From: Candidatus Thorarchaeota archaeon
GTDB lineage: Archaea; Asgardarchaeota; Thorarchaeia; Thorarchaeales; Thorarchaeaceae
NCBI GenBank assembly: GCA_046482545.1
Contig: JAWOEX010000039.1
Coordinates: 1 to 64,000, forward strand
Direction of reading: 5' to 3'
DNA: 64,000 bases
Every line of letters begins with the position of its first letter. The stretch's first letter is position 1. Below, piece after piece: positions 29,884 through 40,700 of the stretch. A program made the position numbers and the translations under genes. The notes under the pieces were generated by a model that saw nothing but the letters and a program-made list of their open reading frames with translations, was not told where the DNA came from and did not search any database.

Positions 29884-31263
29884 CTATAGGTCCTCCTGTG
29901 CAAAGAAGATACCCCGTTGCAGTATGTTATTCGGGTCCACAGTCCGCTTGATTTCTATCAGAAGCCGATAGTAACCAGTTTCACGAGCCCTAATGAAGGG
30001 ACGAAGCCCGTGTTTGCCTCCAATGCCATATGGAACCACAGGCCCTTCCAGCACGATTTCGTTAATCTCATCAGCGATTTCCATCATCTCGTTCCATTCA
30101 TCAGGCTCCTCATAATTCGCAACCATGAATGCAAGCCAATTCCGCGGAAGCACTTGGCCACCAAATACCGCTTTTTTGTATCCGCGTTTCTCGATGAGTT
30201 CCTCTTTCCATACTTTGTATAGAAATTTGATGTCATCAATTCTACATGATCCAGATCCAAAGAAATGCCAGACACCAGTAGCGAATATGTCGGTAAGGCC
30301 AGTAAGAATTCTATCGTAGTAATCATCAGCGGGAGCGCTATCTTGCATCTCTCCGCCTAGTTCTTCAACCTTCTCGATTATTTTCTTCTTCCGATGCTCA
30401 ATGAGTTCTTCTTCATAGCCGAAGATATCCATCATAACTGCGAATACGTTTGGAGCTGAGGGATCGACAGCCAGATAGAAACCATCAAGGTATTCATCGC
30501 CAACATGATAATTGATAAAATGCCCAATCTCAACTACTTTGTCTAGTGTTGGCATTATCATAAAAAGTCGTTCTTTGTAGTCTGAAACTGGGCGCACTCT
30601 CAAAGTAAGCTCAGTACATACACCGAGGGTACCTTCAGCGCCTATGAACAATCCGGCCAAATCTGGCCCCAAGCATTGTCGTTTGAACTTGCCGGCACTA
30701 GGCCACGCAGCCGATCCGGTCTTGACTATTTCGCCGCTTGGCAGAACCATTTCGAGGCTAATGACATCAGAGTTGCCATGAAATCCAAATTTCGCGGTCC
30801 CTTTAGGACCTCCACCCGCTTTCATAACAGAGCTACCAACCGTCATAGCAGGCCCACCCGCTTCGCTACACAGGTACGTTAAACCATGCTTGCGTAGTTC
30901 CTGGTCCAACTTTGCCCAAGTAACATTTGGCTCGACAACCACAGTCAGGTCGCGCTCATTGATATCCAGAACTTCATTCATCAACGCCATATCAAGCAGA
31001 ATTCCTGGTTCCTGAGGTAGGAATGCATCCCAATGTGATGTCCCTCCACCGCGAAGATAAATCGGAATATCCTGCGTGTTTCCCAAATCCAAGATCCTCT
31101 GGATTTCTTCTCTAGATTCGGGCATCACAATATGTGTGGCTTTTTTCGGCTTTGCAGGACTTAAATCACGGGAATATGCAATAATATCATAGTCTTTGTC
31201 AGTGACCCTATCAGAACCGACAATTTCGCTAAGGAGTTCTGTGACCTTCTCTGTATCGGCCAT
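29884..31263 (-). CDS. FAD-binding oxidoreductase (GlcD/VAO family)
   Basis: RGGGTS, FIGAEGTLGVCTE, IKRTVDPNNIL; start adjusted to MADTEK; abuts the GlcF-like gene. Confidence 0.88.
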   Translation of the reverse strand: MADTEKVTELLSEIVGSDRVTDKDYDIIAYSRDLSPAKPKKATHIVMPESREEIQRILDLGNTQDIPIYLRGGGTSHWDAFLPQEPGILLDMALMNEVLDINERDLTVVVEPNVTWAKLDQELRKHGLTYLCSEAGGPAMTVGSSVMKAGGGPKGTAKFGFHGNSDVISLEMVLPSGEIVKTGSAAWPSAGKFKRQCLGPDLAGLFIGAEGTLGVCTELTLRVRPVSDYKERLFMIMPTLDKVVEIGHFINYHVGDEYLDGFYLAVDPSAPNVFAVMMDIFGYEEELIEHRKKKIIEKVEELGGEMQDSAPADDYYDRILTGLTDIFATGVWHFFGSGSCRIDDIKFLYKVWKEELIEKRGYKKAVFGGQVLPRNWLAFMVANYEEPDEWNEMMEIADEINEIVLEGPVVPYGIGGKHGLRPFIRARETGYYRLLIEIKRTVDPNNILQRGIFFAQEDL

Positions 31264-31538
31264 GGCATCCACGATTTTGCATGATTGTATAAACCACAAT
31301 TAAAGCCTACGGTGTAGTTTAAGACTTAACTTGTCATTAAGAGATTGCAAGGTTTAGTGGTGCCCACTGGAATAGTGATCAGCGAAAATGCCTATGGCCA
31401 AGCTCATTGCAACTTGGGAGCCTCTGCAAGGAGAATAAAAACAAATAGAAGTATTGTATAAGCATTCCGAAGGGCTAGATACGTACGCTGATAGCATTGT
31501 TAAGGAGAAATTAAAAAAGACTACTACAGAGAGAAGTA

Positions 31539-32681
31539 GTGAAACATGCTATGAAGTCCCGAGAGAGATTCTACAAAGCCTATAATCATGAAGAGCCTGA
31601 TCGTGTGCCTCTGGACATGTGGATCACTCCTCAAGCTCACAAGAGCGTCCGAGAATACCTTGGTATTACTGCGGAGCAAACGCAAGAGTGGGGTATTATG
31701 AGCAGCTGGAAAATATCTGAAGAGATGCTCAAGCGATTGCACGTAGACTTCAGGCGTGTATACATGAAACCCGGTTCGGACTTCGAACCAACTAGGTACC
31801 CTGATGGAACCGTTGATACCGAATTTGGTTTCCGTGGAAAGTGGGTCGGTCTGTATTGGGAGATTCTTCATCACCCTTGGGCGGACTTGACCGAAGTCGA
31901 ACAGGTCGAAGACTACGAATGGCCGGATCCTGAAGACCCAGCCAGAATGGAAGGAGTAGTGGAGCGAGCCAAATATCTGTGTGAGGAAACGGACTATGCT
32001 GTGGTGGGAATGGTTGGGGGCCCCTGGGGTGTCTTTGAAATCTGCGCCCACTACATGCGAGGCTTTGAGAAGTTCCTAATTGATTTGATGTCACGACCAA
32101 AACTCGCAGCAGAGATGATGGACAAGTCAATGAATCTCGCCTTGGACATGAACAGGGTCCTTCTTGATGAGGTGAAAGACTATCTTGACATCGTATTGGT
32201 TGGAGATGACCTAGGCCATCAAAACGGATTGATAATGAGTCCGAAGATGTATAGGGAGCACATCAAGCCCCGACACAAGAAGATTTACCAAGATATCCAC
32301 AGACGTGCTCCAGATGTAAAGGTCATGTATCATTCGTGTGGCGCCGTTGAACCAATGATAGACGACCTGCTTGAAGTCGGTGTCGATATTCTCAATCCTA
32401 TACAGCCCCTTGCAAAAGGAATGGACTCGTTCAATCTAAAGGAAGAATATGGTCACCGTCTGACATTCCACGGTGGAATCGACTTACAGGAAGCGATGTC
32501 TGCAGTAGGAACGATAGATGATCTTGAGGAGGAGATAGAGACCCGTCTAAAGGCGCTCGCTCCAAACGGGGGGTACATTCTTGCTCCTGCTCACAACATA
32601 CAGCCTGACTCGACGCCTGAGAAAGTTGTGCACATGTATGACTACGCGAAAGAGAAAGGAACCTATCCGATAGATCTCTAG
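31539..32681 (+). CDS. Uroporphyrinogen decarboxylase-fold (MtaA/CmuA-like) protein
   Basis: EPDRVPLD, GDDLG, YHSCG, ILNPIQP, FHGGID, LAPAHNIQ. Confidence 0.88.
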   Translation: MKHAMKSRERFYKAYNHEEPDRVPLDMWITPQAHKSVREYLGITAEQTQEWGIMSSWKISEEMLKRLHVDFRRVYMKPGSDFEPTRYPDGTVDTEFGFRGKWVGLYWEILHHPWADLTEVEQVEDYEWPDPEDPARMEGVVERAKYLCEETDYAVVGMVGGPWGVFEICAHYMRGFEKFLIDLMSRPKLAAEMMDKSMNLALDMNRVLLDEVKDYLDIVLVGDDLGHQNGLIMSPKMYREHIKPRHKKIYQDIHRRAPDVKVMYHSCGAVEPMIDDLLEVGVDILNPIQPLAKGMDSFNLKEEYGHRLTFHGGIDLQEAMSAVGTIDDLEEEIETRLKALAPNGGYILAPAHNIQPDSTPEKVVHMYDYAKEKGTYPIDL

Positions 32682-32693
32682 TACCGTTACTGC

Positions 32694-33365
32694 TTATGGA
32701 ATAGGCTTCTCTTCATGAAGGTCGTGAGGATCGTCACCATCCTCGAGTTTGCTAGCCCACCAGGTGTCCGTTCCTACCACTTCCTCTGCAGCTGCAATCA
32801 CATCTTCCACTCGATCCTGTGGAATTGCTACGACCCCGTCACCGTCGGCGAAGAGAAGGTCTCCAGGTCGAACCACAATACCGCCGCAGACTATTGGTTG
32901 GCCAACTGATTCCATATCAAGGCGCCCCCTCATCGTTGCAGGATGCCTACCACGGGCAAAGACTGGGAAATTCATTCGATTTATGTCGTGAATGTCACGG
33001 GAAGTTCCGTCTACAACAGCCCCTCTCAGCCCTTTTGGTTTCCCTATTCGAGTCAATACCTGTCCCCATACAGAACACTCCCTTGCCCCTGAGCTGGTAA
33101 TGGCTACGATATCTCCTTCTCCAGCTTCTGTCGCAAGACTCATGAAATCATGTAGCTGTTCTTCATCGTATGGCCTTTGCACAGGTGCTCGAACCAGTTT
33201 TCCAGTCCGAGCAAATCCAGCCATTCGAGTATTCGAGGTAACAGGGTGGATTTGTCTATCCATGCATACGGGAGAGAGTTCAAGCTCATCAGCTGCATCT
33301 GATACAGCCGCAACATAGAGATTCAGAACACGGTCTATAAGGTCCGTCTTCTTGTTTGTCAACAC
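32694..33365 (-). CDS. RraA family / HMG-CHA aldolase-like protein
   Basis: AVSDA, VWGQVL, GAVVDGTSRD, FPVFARG, VRPGDLLFADGDGVV. Confidence 0.88.
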   Translation of the reverse strand: MLTNKKTDLIDRVLNLYVAAVSDAADELELSPVCMDRQIHPVTSNTRMAGFARTGKLVRAPVQRPYDEEQLHDFMSLATEAGEGDIVAITSSGARECSVWGQVLTRIGKPKGLRGAVVDGTSRDIHDINRMNFPVFARGRHPATMRGRLDMESVGQPIVCGGIVVRPGDLLFADGDGVVAIPQDRVEDVIAAAEEVVGTDTWWASKLEDGDDPHDLHEEKPIP

Positions 33366-33389
33366 ATCATCTCCTACAAAAAAGTGGTC

Positions 33390-33863
33390 CTATTCTACCT
33401 TCCATTGATAGATGCAATAATCGTCACCGCGCATCATGCACTTCGGTATTGTCATTTCCAACTTGGGATCCACGGCTTGAGCAATGCCTTCATCCATCTT
33501 ACATACCCATTGGCAAATGTCATCTTTTGCCCCCTTAGACTTGAAAGTGGCAACCCATGGACAAGCGTTTACTTTCAGTCTTAAAGAAGCACTATCGACA
33601 TCCAATAATTCGAGTTCGAACCCAAAAAATGGATGTCCGGCCTGAAAGAACTCGTATATCGACCTAAGATCACCTTCTCGTAACGATCCAGCTTCTATGG
33701 CTGCTTTACCTAGTTCGAGTCCATGAAGACGATTTGCTTCACCTATTCTCTCTAGGCCCTCTTCACCCGCGAAATCCCGTACTGCTTCGACATACACAGC
33801 ATGAGCTGCGGCAAGAGTCTCCATATTGGCCTTCCTTACATCGTCAGCTGTGGGTTTTGACAT
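33390..33863 (-). CDS. L-2-amino-thiazoline-4-carboxylate hydrolase-like / V4R-like protein
   Basis: VNACPW, ICQWVCKMDEG, CMMRGDDYC. Confidence 0.7.
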   Translation of the reverse strand: MSKPTADDVRKANMETLAAAHAVYVEAVRDFAGEEGLERIGEANRLHGLELGKAAIEAGSLREGDLRSIYEFFQAGHPFFGFELELLDVDSASLRLKVNACPWVATFKSKGAKDDICQWVCKMDEGIAQAVDPKLEMTIPKCMMRGDDYCIYQWKVE

Positions 33864-33956
33864 ATGCCTCGCCTTCTTTGCTTTAGCTTATTCTAACGAG
33901 ATATATGCAACTTTAACGAGATATAAAAGACTCGGCTAGGGAATAAAGTCACGTCG

Positions 33957-35126
33957 GTGCAAGCAATGCTGGCAAAAAGGAATCAGAATGTTCCCGCGAG
34001 CGAAATCCGCAAGATGTATAATATGGCTCTTGAGCGAAGCGATGTCGTAGATTTAACTGCCGGAGTACCAGATTTTGACACGCCTAATCATATAAAAGAA
34101 GCCGCCAAGGATGCAATAGACCAAGGCTACACGAAGTATACCCACAATGCGGGATTCATGGATGTCAGGGAATCTTTTGCCCAGAAAGCCAAGAAAGACA
34201 ACGGTATCGATGTAGATGCATCAAGCCAAGTGGTTTGCACGGCCGGAGGAATGGGAGGGCTGATGCTTGCAAACATGGTGTTGGTCGAACCTGGCGACGA
34301 GGTCATGTATCCAGACCCGGGATTCGTCAGCCATCATGCACATGTGAAGCTGGCCGAGGGAAAACCAGTTCCAGTTCAATTGAAGCAAGAACACAATTTC
34401 GGGATGTGTGCAGAAGACATTGAGAAGCTCATTACTGAAAGAACAAAGCTTCTTGTAATCAACAGCCCAAATAATCCTACGGGCGGCATCACAACAGAGG
34501 GGGAACTTCGGAAAATTGCGGATCTGGCAATCAAGCATGACTTCTATGTGCTTTCCGATGAAGCTTACGAGAAGTACTACTACACAGACGAGGCACCGGT
34601 TTCCATAGGTTCACTGCCAGGTATGGAAGAACGTACCATATCTATATTCTCGCTATCCAAGAGCTATGCAATGACTGGATGGCGAATCGGATTTGCAACT
34701 GGACCCGAGAATATCATCGACGCTATGACTCATCTCCAAGAGCATGTAATCGCCATGCCTACATCGATATCTCAGAAAGCAGGTCAAGCGGCGGTTGAAG
34801 GCCCGCAAGATTGCATAGATGAGATGCTTAAGACATTCACTAAAAGACGCAAAATCATGATCGAAGGGCTCAGGCAAATCGAAGGAATCAAACTGGCCGC
34901 ACCTGGAGGTGCATTCTATGCATTCCCCGACGTACGAGCTTATGGCGGGAAGTCTTGGGACCTTGCCATCGACATTCTTGAAAATACGAAAGTGGTACTC
35001 GTTCATGGATCTGCTTTCGGCCGCTATGGTGAAGGTTTCTTACGACTCTGTTATGCAACTTCTACGGAACGCATCAACAAGGCTCTAGACCTCTTGGCTG
35101 ATTATCTTCCAACACTACTCAGCTGA
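33957..35126 (+). CDS. PLP-dependent aminotransferase class I/II (AspAT-like)
   Basis: GVPDFDTP, NSPNNPTG, SDEAY, SLSKSYAMTGWRIG. Confidence 0.93.
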   Translation: MQAMLAKRNQNVPASEIRKMYNMALERSDVVDLTAGVPDFDTPNHIKEAAKDAIDQGYTKYTHNAGFMDVRESFAQKAKKDNGIDVDASSQVVCTAGGMGGLMLANMVLVEPGDEVMYPDPGFVSHHAHVKLAEGKPVPVQLKQEHNFGMCAEDIEKLITERTKLLVINSPNNPTGGITTEGELRKIADLAIKHDFYVLSDEAYEKYYYTDEAPVSIGSLPGMEERTISIFSLSKSYAMTGWRIGFATGPENIIDAMTHLQEHVIAMPTSISQKAGQAAVEGPQDCIDEMLKTFTKRRKIMIEGLRQIEGIKLAAPGGAFYAFPDVRAYGGKSWDLAIDILENTKVVLVHGSAFGRYGEGFLRLCYATSTERINKALDLLADYLPTLLS

Positions 35127-35163
35127 AACGCTATAGATTGCTCGACAAAGGTGATTTCCGAAA

Positions 35164-37503
35164 ATGACCGAAAGAACCCAGCGCATGAAGCAGAGAATGC
35201 TTAAGGCTTCACCAACTCTCTCTGCAGAGCGAGCCAAACTTTTCACCGAGTATCTAAGGGAGCACGAGAACCAAACCCAGATGCTCAGACTTGCTAATGC
35301 TTTCGCACATGTCCTAGACAATATGAGGATTAGGATAGAACCTGAAGAGCTGATTGTCGGTAATATGGGTCCTACTCCGCGTTCTTGTCAAGTGTTTCCA
35401 GAATACAGCTGGACCTGGATCCATGAAGAGCTCGATACTCTCAGCCAACGAGAGACCGAACCATTCCAAATCTGTGAAGAGGACAAAGACACCCTGAGAA
35501 ACGTTTTCCAATACTGGGAAGGGAAGAGTACAGCAGAAATCTGCAATGAGAAAATGCCTGAAGAATCAAAAAAAGCTGCAAAAGCGGGTTTGTTCACTAT
35601 TGGTGCCCCGGGGACTGGCATCGGTCATGTTACTGTTGATTACAGGACTGTGTTGAATGAGGGGTTAGAGTCAATCCTTCAGCAAATAAATCGACTAAGA
35701 CGAAGGAACGAAGATTACAGCGATAAGCTTCAGTTCTACGAGGCTGTTGAGATAGAAATCAAAGCTGTCATTCGGTTTGCACATAGATTCGCTCACCGAG
35801 CAGAAGAATTGGCCAACGTAGAGACTGATTCTAATCGAGTAGAAGAACTGAGAAATGTAGCAAGAATTTGCAGAAGAGTGCCCGAGAAACCTGCGCGGAC
35901 ATTCAAAGAAGCCCTACAGTCATTTTGGTTCATACACCTTCTTGTCCAAACCGAATCCAATGGACACTCGATATCAGCAGGTCGTTTCGACCAGTACATG
36001 CTTCCATTCTATCAGCAGGATGTCGAATCAGGCAGGCTTACAGCAGAAGAGGCGACCGAGCTTATCGAAATGCTGTGGATTAAATTAACTTCTCTAATCA
36101 AACTCCGAGATAAATACTACAGCAGGGCATTTGCCGGTCATCCCATGTTTCAAAATCTAACCATCGGTGGCCAGAATCCAGCTGGTGAGGATGCTTGCAA
36201 TGAACTTACCGATTTAGTAATCCAGGCCACTGGAAACATCCACCTAACACAACCCACTGTTTCTTTTCGCTGGCACACTGATACCCCTGAATCCTACAAG
36301 CTCAAAGTTACGCATCTCATCTCAAAAGGGCTGGGTATGCCTGGCCTGTTCAATGATGAAATAATCATACCAATGATGGTGGAAAAGGGTGTTGACAAGA
36401 ACGAGGCTTACGATTACTCCATTTTAGGCTGTGTCGAGCCAATAATTGAGGGAAAATCCGATGTTCGGCCGAATATCGGCTATGTCAATCTGCTGAAAAT
36501 CCTTGAGGTAACGCTCAACAACGGAACTGACCCACTAACTGGCATGAAGGTTGGCGTCGAGACGGGAGACCCCCGTGAATTCGAATCACTTGAGGAATTA
36601 TGGGAAGCCTACGCAGCCCAGTTAGAACATGCAATTGACCTTCTTACTCAAGCCGACAGGATAGCAGCCGGGGTGCTAGCCTCTGAGAAACCAACACCAT
36701 TCATTTCTGCCCTTCTTAAGAATTGCATTGAAGAAGGCATGACCATGCAAGAGGGTGGTGCAAAGTACAATAGTGGAGGCATTATGGGAGTTGGAATCGG
36801 AAATGTGGCTGATTCACTGCAGGTAATTCGTGAATTTGTGTTCGAATCAGATGAGCTTGATATGGATGAATTGCTCAGCGTTCTCGCTAAGAATTTTGAA
36901 GGCAATGAATCATTGAGAGTAAGATTTGAGACTGATGCATCCAATTACGGCAATGACATTGACGAAGTAGATGAATTGGCAAGAAGAACAGGTAGGGCCT
37001 TTTGCACGACAATTCAGAAGAAGATGACCACCAGAGGCGCACCGTATCATGGAGCGCTATTCTCGGTCTCGATGTATATACCGATGGGCGAGCGAGTCGG
37101 TGCTACACCTGATGGCCGTAAAGCTAGAACAATGCTATCAGATGGTGTTTCTCCGACGCAGAATAGGGATGTTAAAGGCCCTACTGCAGCGATGAAGTCT
37201 GTTTCAAAGTTGGACCATGGTTGCTGCTTTGATGGGACACTCTACAATATGAAGTTCACAACAAGGATGTTCAAGAACAGGGAAAACAAGAAGAAGTTTG
37301 TCTCGCTCCTCGATGGCTACTTTGAACTAGGGGGCTTCCATGTTCAGTTCAATGTGGTTGACCGAGAGACGCTAGAGGCGGCGAAAGTGAAACCTGAGCA
37401 ACATAGGAATCTCATAGTTCGAGTAGCGGGATATAGCGCATACTTTGTCGAACTTGATCCTTTCGTGCAAGATGAAATTATTACGCGAACCGAATTTCGA
37501 TAG
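35164..37503 (+). CDS. Glycyl radical enzyme (PFL2/diol dehydratase-like clade)
   Basis: Cys loop LGCVEP, Gly loop IVRVAGYSAYF, ESNGHSISAGRFDQY, GATPDGRKA. Confidence 0.93.
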   Translation: MTERTQRMKQRMLKASPTLSAERAKLFTEYLREHENQTQMLRLANAFAHVLDNMRIRIEPEELIVGNMGPTPRSCQVFPEYSWTWIHEELDTLSQRETEPFQICEEDKDTLRNVFQYWEGKSTAEICNEKMPEESKKAAKAGLFTIGAPGTGIGHVTVDYRTVLNEGLESILQQINRLRRRNEDYSDKLQFYEAVEIEIKAVIRFAHRFAHRAEELANVETDSNRVEELRNVARICRRVPEKPARTFKEALQSFWFIHLLVQTESNGHSISAGRFDQYMLPFYQQDVESGRLTAEEATELIEMLWIKLTSLIKLRDKYYSRAFAGHPMFQNLTIGGQNPAGEDACNELTDLVIQATGNIHLTQPTVSFRWHTDTPESYKLKVTHLISKGLGMPGLFNDEIIIPMMVEKGVDKNEAYDYSILGCVEPIIEGKSDVRPNIGYVNLLKILEVTLNNGTDPLTGMKVGVETGDPREFESLEELWEAYAAQLEHAIDLLTQADRIAAGVLASEKPTPFISALLKNCIEEGMTMQEGGAKYNSGGIMGVGIGNVADSLQVIREFVFESDELDMDELLSVLAKNFEGNESLRVRFETDASNYGNDIDEVDELARRTGRAFCTTIQKKMTTRGAPYHGALFSVSMYIPMGERVGATPDGRKARTMLSDGVSPTQNRDVKGPTAAMKSVSKLDHGCCFDGTLYNMKFTTRMFKNRENKKKFVSLLDGYFELGGFHVQFNVVDRETLEAAKVKPEQHRNLIVRVAGYSAYFVELDPFVQDEIITRTEFR

Positions 37504-37654
37504 CATTACCGGGGTTCGATTTTGATTAAGGACCTGCGATGTAAGTTACAGCCTGTCTCCCGGTATTAGGACTTATCTGCACGAATAATCGGACAATAGC
37601 ATACATACCTATTTACACAACGAATATTCATATTAATTATATTTAGTAGTTTGA

Positions 37655-37702
37655 ATGATGACAGTGGAGTCATCTCAATCAGTGCTAATCCGGGGTAGAT
37701 GA
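37655..37702 (+). ncRNA. Candidate box C/D guide sRNA
   Basis: Box C ATGATGA 37655-61, 12-nt guide, degenerate D' CTCA, C'-like AGTGCTA, 11-nt guide ATCCGGGGTAG, D-like ATGA 37699-702; AT-rich TATA-like element upstream. Confidence 0.45.
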
Positions 37703-37770
37703 ATGGTGTTTCTCGGGAGGTAATCCGCGGTTCACAATAAGTGTGTCACTCGTATTAATGGGGTGTTGTA

Positions 37771-40700
37771 ATGGGAATTAAACGAACAGGAAAATCAGAA
37801 GAGAGACAAGATACCCCCGCACAGGCATTCGATAAATGGCAATCTTTGATTCATCAAATCTCCGGAGTGCTATACGAGTGTGCATTCGATCAGCATTGGA
37901 CAATGTACTGGATTACCGAAGGGATTGAGGAGCTGACTGGTTATCCCCCATCGGATATCATCAACAATAACGTTCGCTCCTACAATAGCATAATTCATCC
38001 AAATGATCGAGCAATAGTAAGGGAAATAGTTGGAAAAGCTGTAAGACAAAACGAATATTTTTCGACAGAATATCGGATTATTGACTCTACCGGTACAATC
38101 AAATGGGTAGAAGAAAGAGGGATGGCAGAATATGATGATCAGGGAAACCCGGATTACCTACGTGGCATAATAATAGATGCTACAAGAGCGAAAGAGGCCA
38201 AGAGAATAGCTAGAGAGTCACAGCAGAAATACCGTGCATTATTTGAAAGCAGCATGGATGGTATCGCTTTTTCAGATTTAGATGGGCACTTCCAAGAAGT
38301 GAATCCTGCATTTGCTGAAATGACTGGATATACTGAACAAGAACTCAAGAAGTTAACCCATCAAGACATCACCCCCTCGAAGTACCAAGAAATGGAACGT
38401 GAAGTCTATCATCCCCAGCTTGTTAAGAGGGGATATTCTGATTTTTACGAAAAAGAATACATCCGAAAGAATGGAAGTACATTCCCAGCCCGAATACGAA
38501 AATGGTTATTCACAAATCTTGAGGGGAATCCGTTCCACGTAGCAGCAATTGTACAGGATATATCTGAGGAGAAATCCGCTGCTAAGGCTTTGGAGCGTAG
38601 TCAAGAGCAGTTTCGCTTGCTGTTCAATGAATCGCCTATTGGTATTGAAATTCTAGATGAAAACGGGCGAATCATTAGAACAAATCCATCAGCGCTTGAG
38701 ATTTTTGGAGTTAAAGAAGAACAGCAAGTCATTGGGTTTAGTTTACTTACTGATCCTAATACTCCGGATTTCGCTAAGGAGAACATACGAAATCATGAAT
38801 CATGTATATACGAATCCCAATTTGACTACTCACTCATACGGAAGCACAATCTTTACGAAACGAATAGAACCAGAGTTGTACATCTAGAAACAAAGATTAC
38901 ACCACTGGGTGCTGGCGATGACTCCACTTTCAGAGGGTTTATGCTTCAAATTGAGGATGTGAGTGAACAGAAGAAGGCACTGGAATCACTCAGACAGAGC
39001 GAGGAACGGTTCTATGCCTTGTTTCGAGACTCACCAATTGGTATTGAGATACTGGATAAGAAGGGTCAGATAATTAGAGCCAATTCTGCGGCACAAGAGA
39101 TATTTGGTGTATCAACTGAAGAGGAAATAATCGGATTCAATATACTTGAGGATCCTAATACACCAGAACAGGTTAAGAATAAAATACGAAATCGAGAGGC
39201 TTACAGATTTGATTCAAAGTTCGACTACTCACGGGTGAAGGAACAGGGACTTTACACCACATCGAAGAGTGGAATAGCGTATCTTGAAACATTAATTACC
39301 CCCCTGGGCAAGGGTAACGATTCCGATTTCAGAGGTTTCATGATTCAGCTGCAAGATGTGACAGAAAGGAAGAACATGCTCAAGGCGCTTCAAGATAGCG
39401 AGGAGCAGTATAGAACAACATTGGAAGCATTGGATGACCCGATGTATGTTGTAGATAAGGATTTGCGAATCAATCTCACGAATCCAGCACTAACGAAGTG
39501 GGTAAACAAACTGGGTTTGGATGGTAATATTGTAGGCAAGCACATCACGGATGCTTTCCCGTTTATCAGTGAGAAAGTCCTAGAAGAGTATCATCGTGTC
39601 TTCACAGATGGCATTGTGTTTCGAACTCGGGACGAAGTGCACCTGCATAGAACGACCGTTCATGCTGAGACTACGAAAGTACCAATCATGAGCGGAGGAC
39701 GAACGGTTCAGGTTCTAACTAAAATTCGAGATATTACTAGTCAGTATAGAAACCGAATGGAGCTTGAACGCAGCGAAAAAAGATACCGTACACTCATCAA
39801 ATCTATAGACTTGGGATTCCTATTCCACGATTCAGCAGGAAGAATCAGGTCTGTGAACCCCTCTGCTGAGAATATCTTGGGAGTAAGCGAAAAAGACGCT
39901 AAGAATCATAGGTTTGAGCAGCTAAGCATAGAGCTAAGGAATGAAAATGGTACTGAAATATCCCCAGATGAGCTTCCCTTAACCACTTCTCTTAGAACTG
40001 GACAGCAATCTGAATCCTCCATTTTACAAATATTCAACAAAGAAAAAGGTAAACGGAGATGGGTGAAGATGAAGGCTGTTCCTCTGAAGTACGGAGAACA
40101 TGAGAGTCCTGTAGAAGCATACAGCATTATTGATGACATTACAGAGGAATATAGGGCACAGCGGGCTCTTCAGAAAGAACGTGACCGGGCTCAGAATTAT
40201 CTTGACATCGCTGGAGCCATAATTGTTGTCATCGATTCGGACGGTTTTATTCAAGAAATCAATGAGAAGGGCTGCACGGTTCTAGGCTATTCGCACGAAG
40301 AGGTTGTTGGAAAGAATTGGATAAGAGATTTTATTCCACAACGGCTTCAATCGGAAATCAGATCTATCTTGGATGACTTATCACGGGGCGACATGTCTGA
40401 ATTCAGTGAATTTGAAAACCCCATCATTAACAGAGATGGCGAGGAGCGAGTAATAGAATGGCACAACTCACCTCTTACAGATGATGAAGGAAGTATTGTG
40501 GGAGTGCTATCCTCAGGTGTTGATATCACAAAGCGAAAGGAAATGGAGGAGAATCTTCGAACCACAGCTGAAACAGCCAATCTCTATCTTGATCTCATGG
40601 GCCACGATATTAGAAACTACCTTCAGTCCATAATAATGGCTGTTGATATCATCAGCGAACGAAGTGAAGACCACAAAATCACTTCATTCTTGGACATAAT

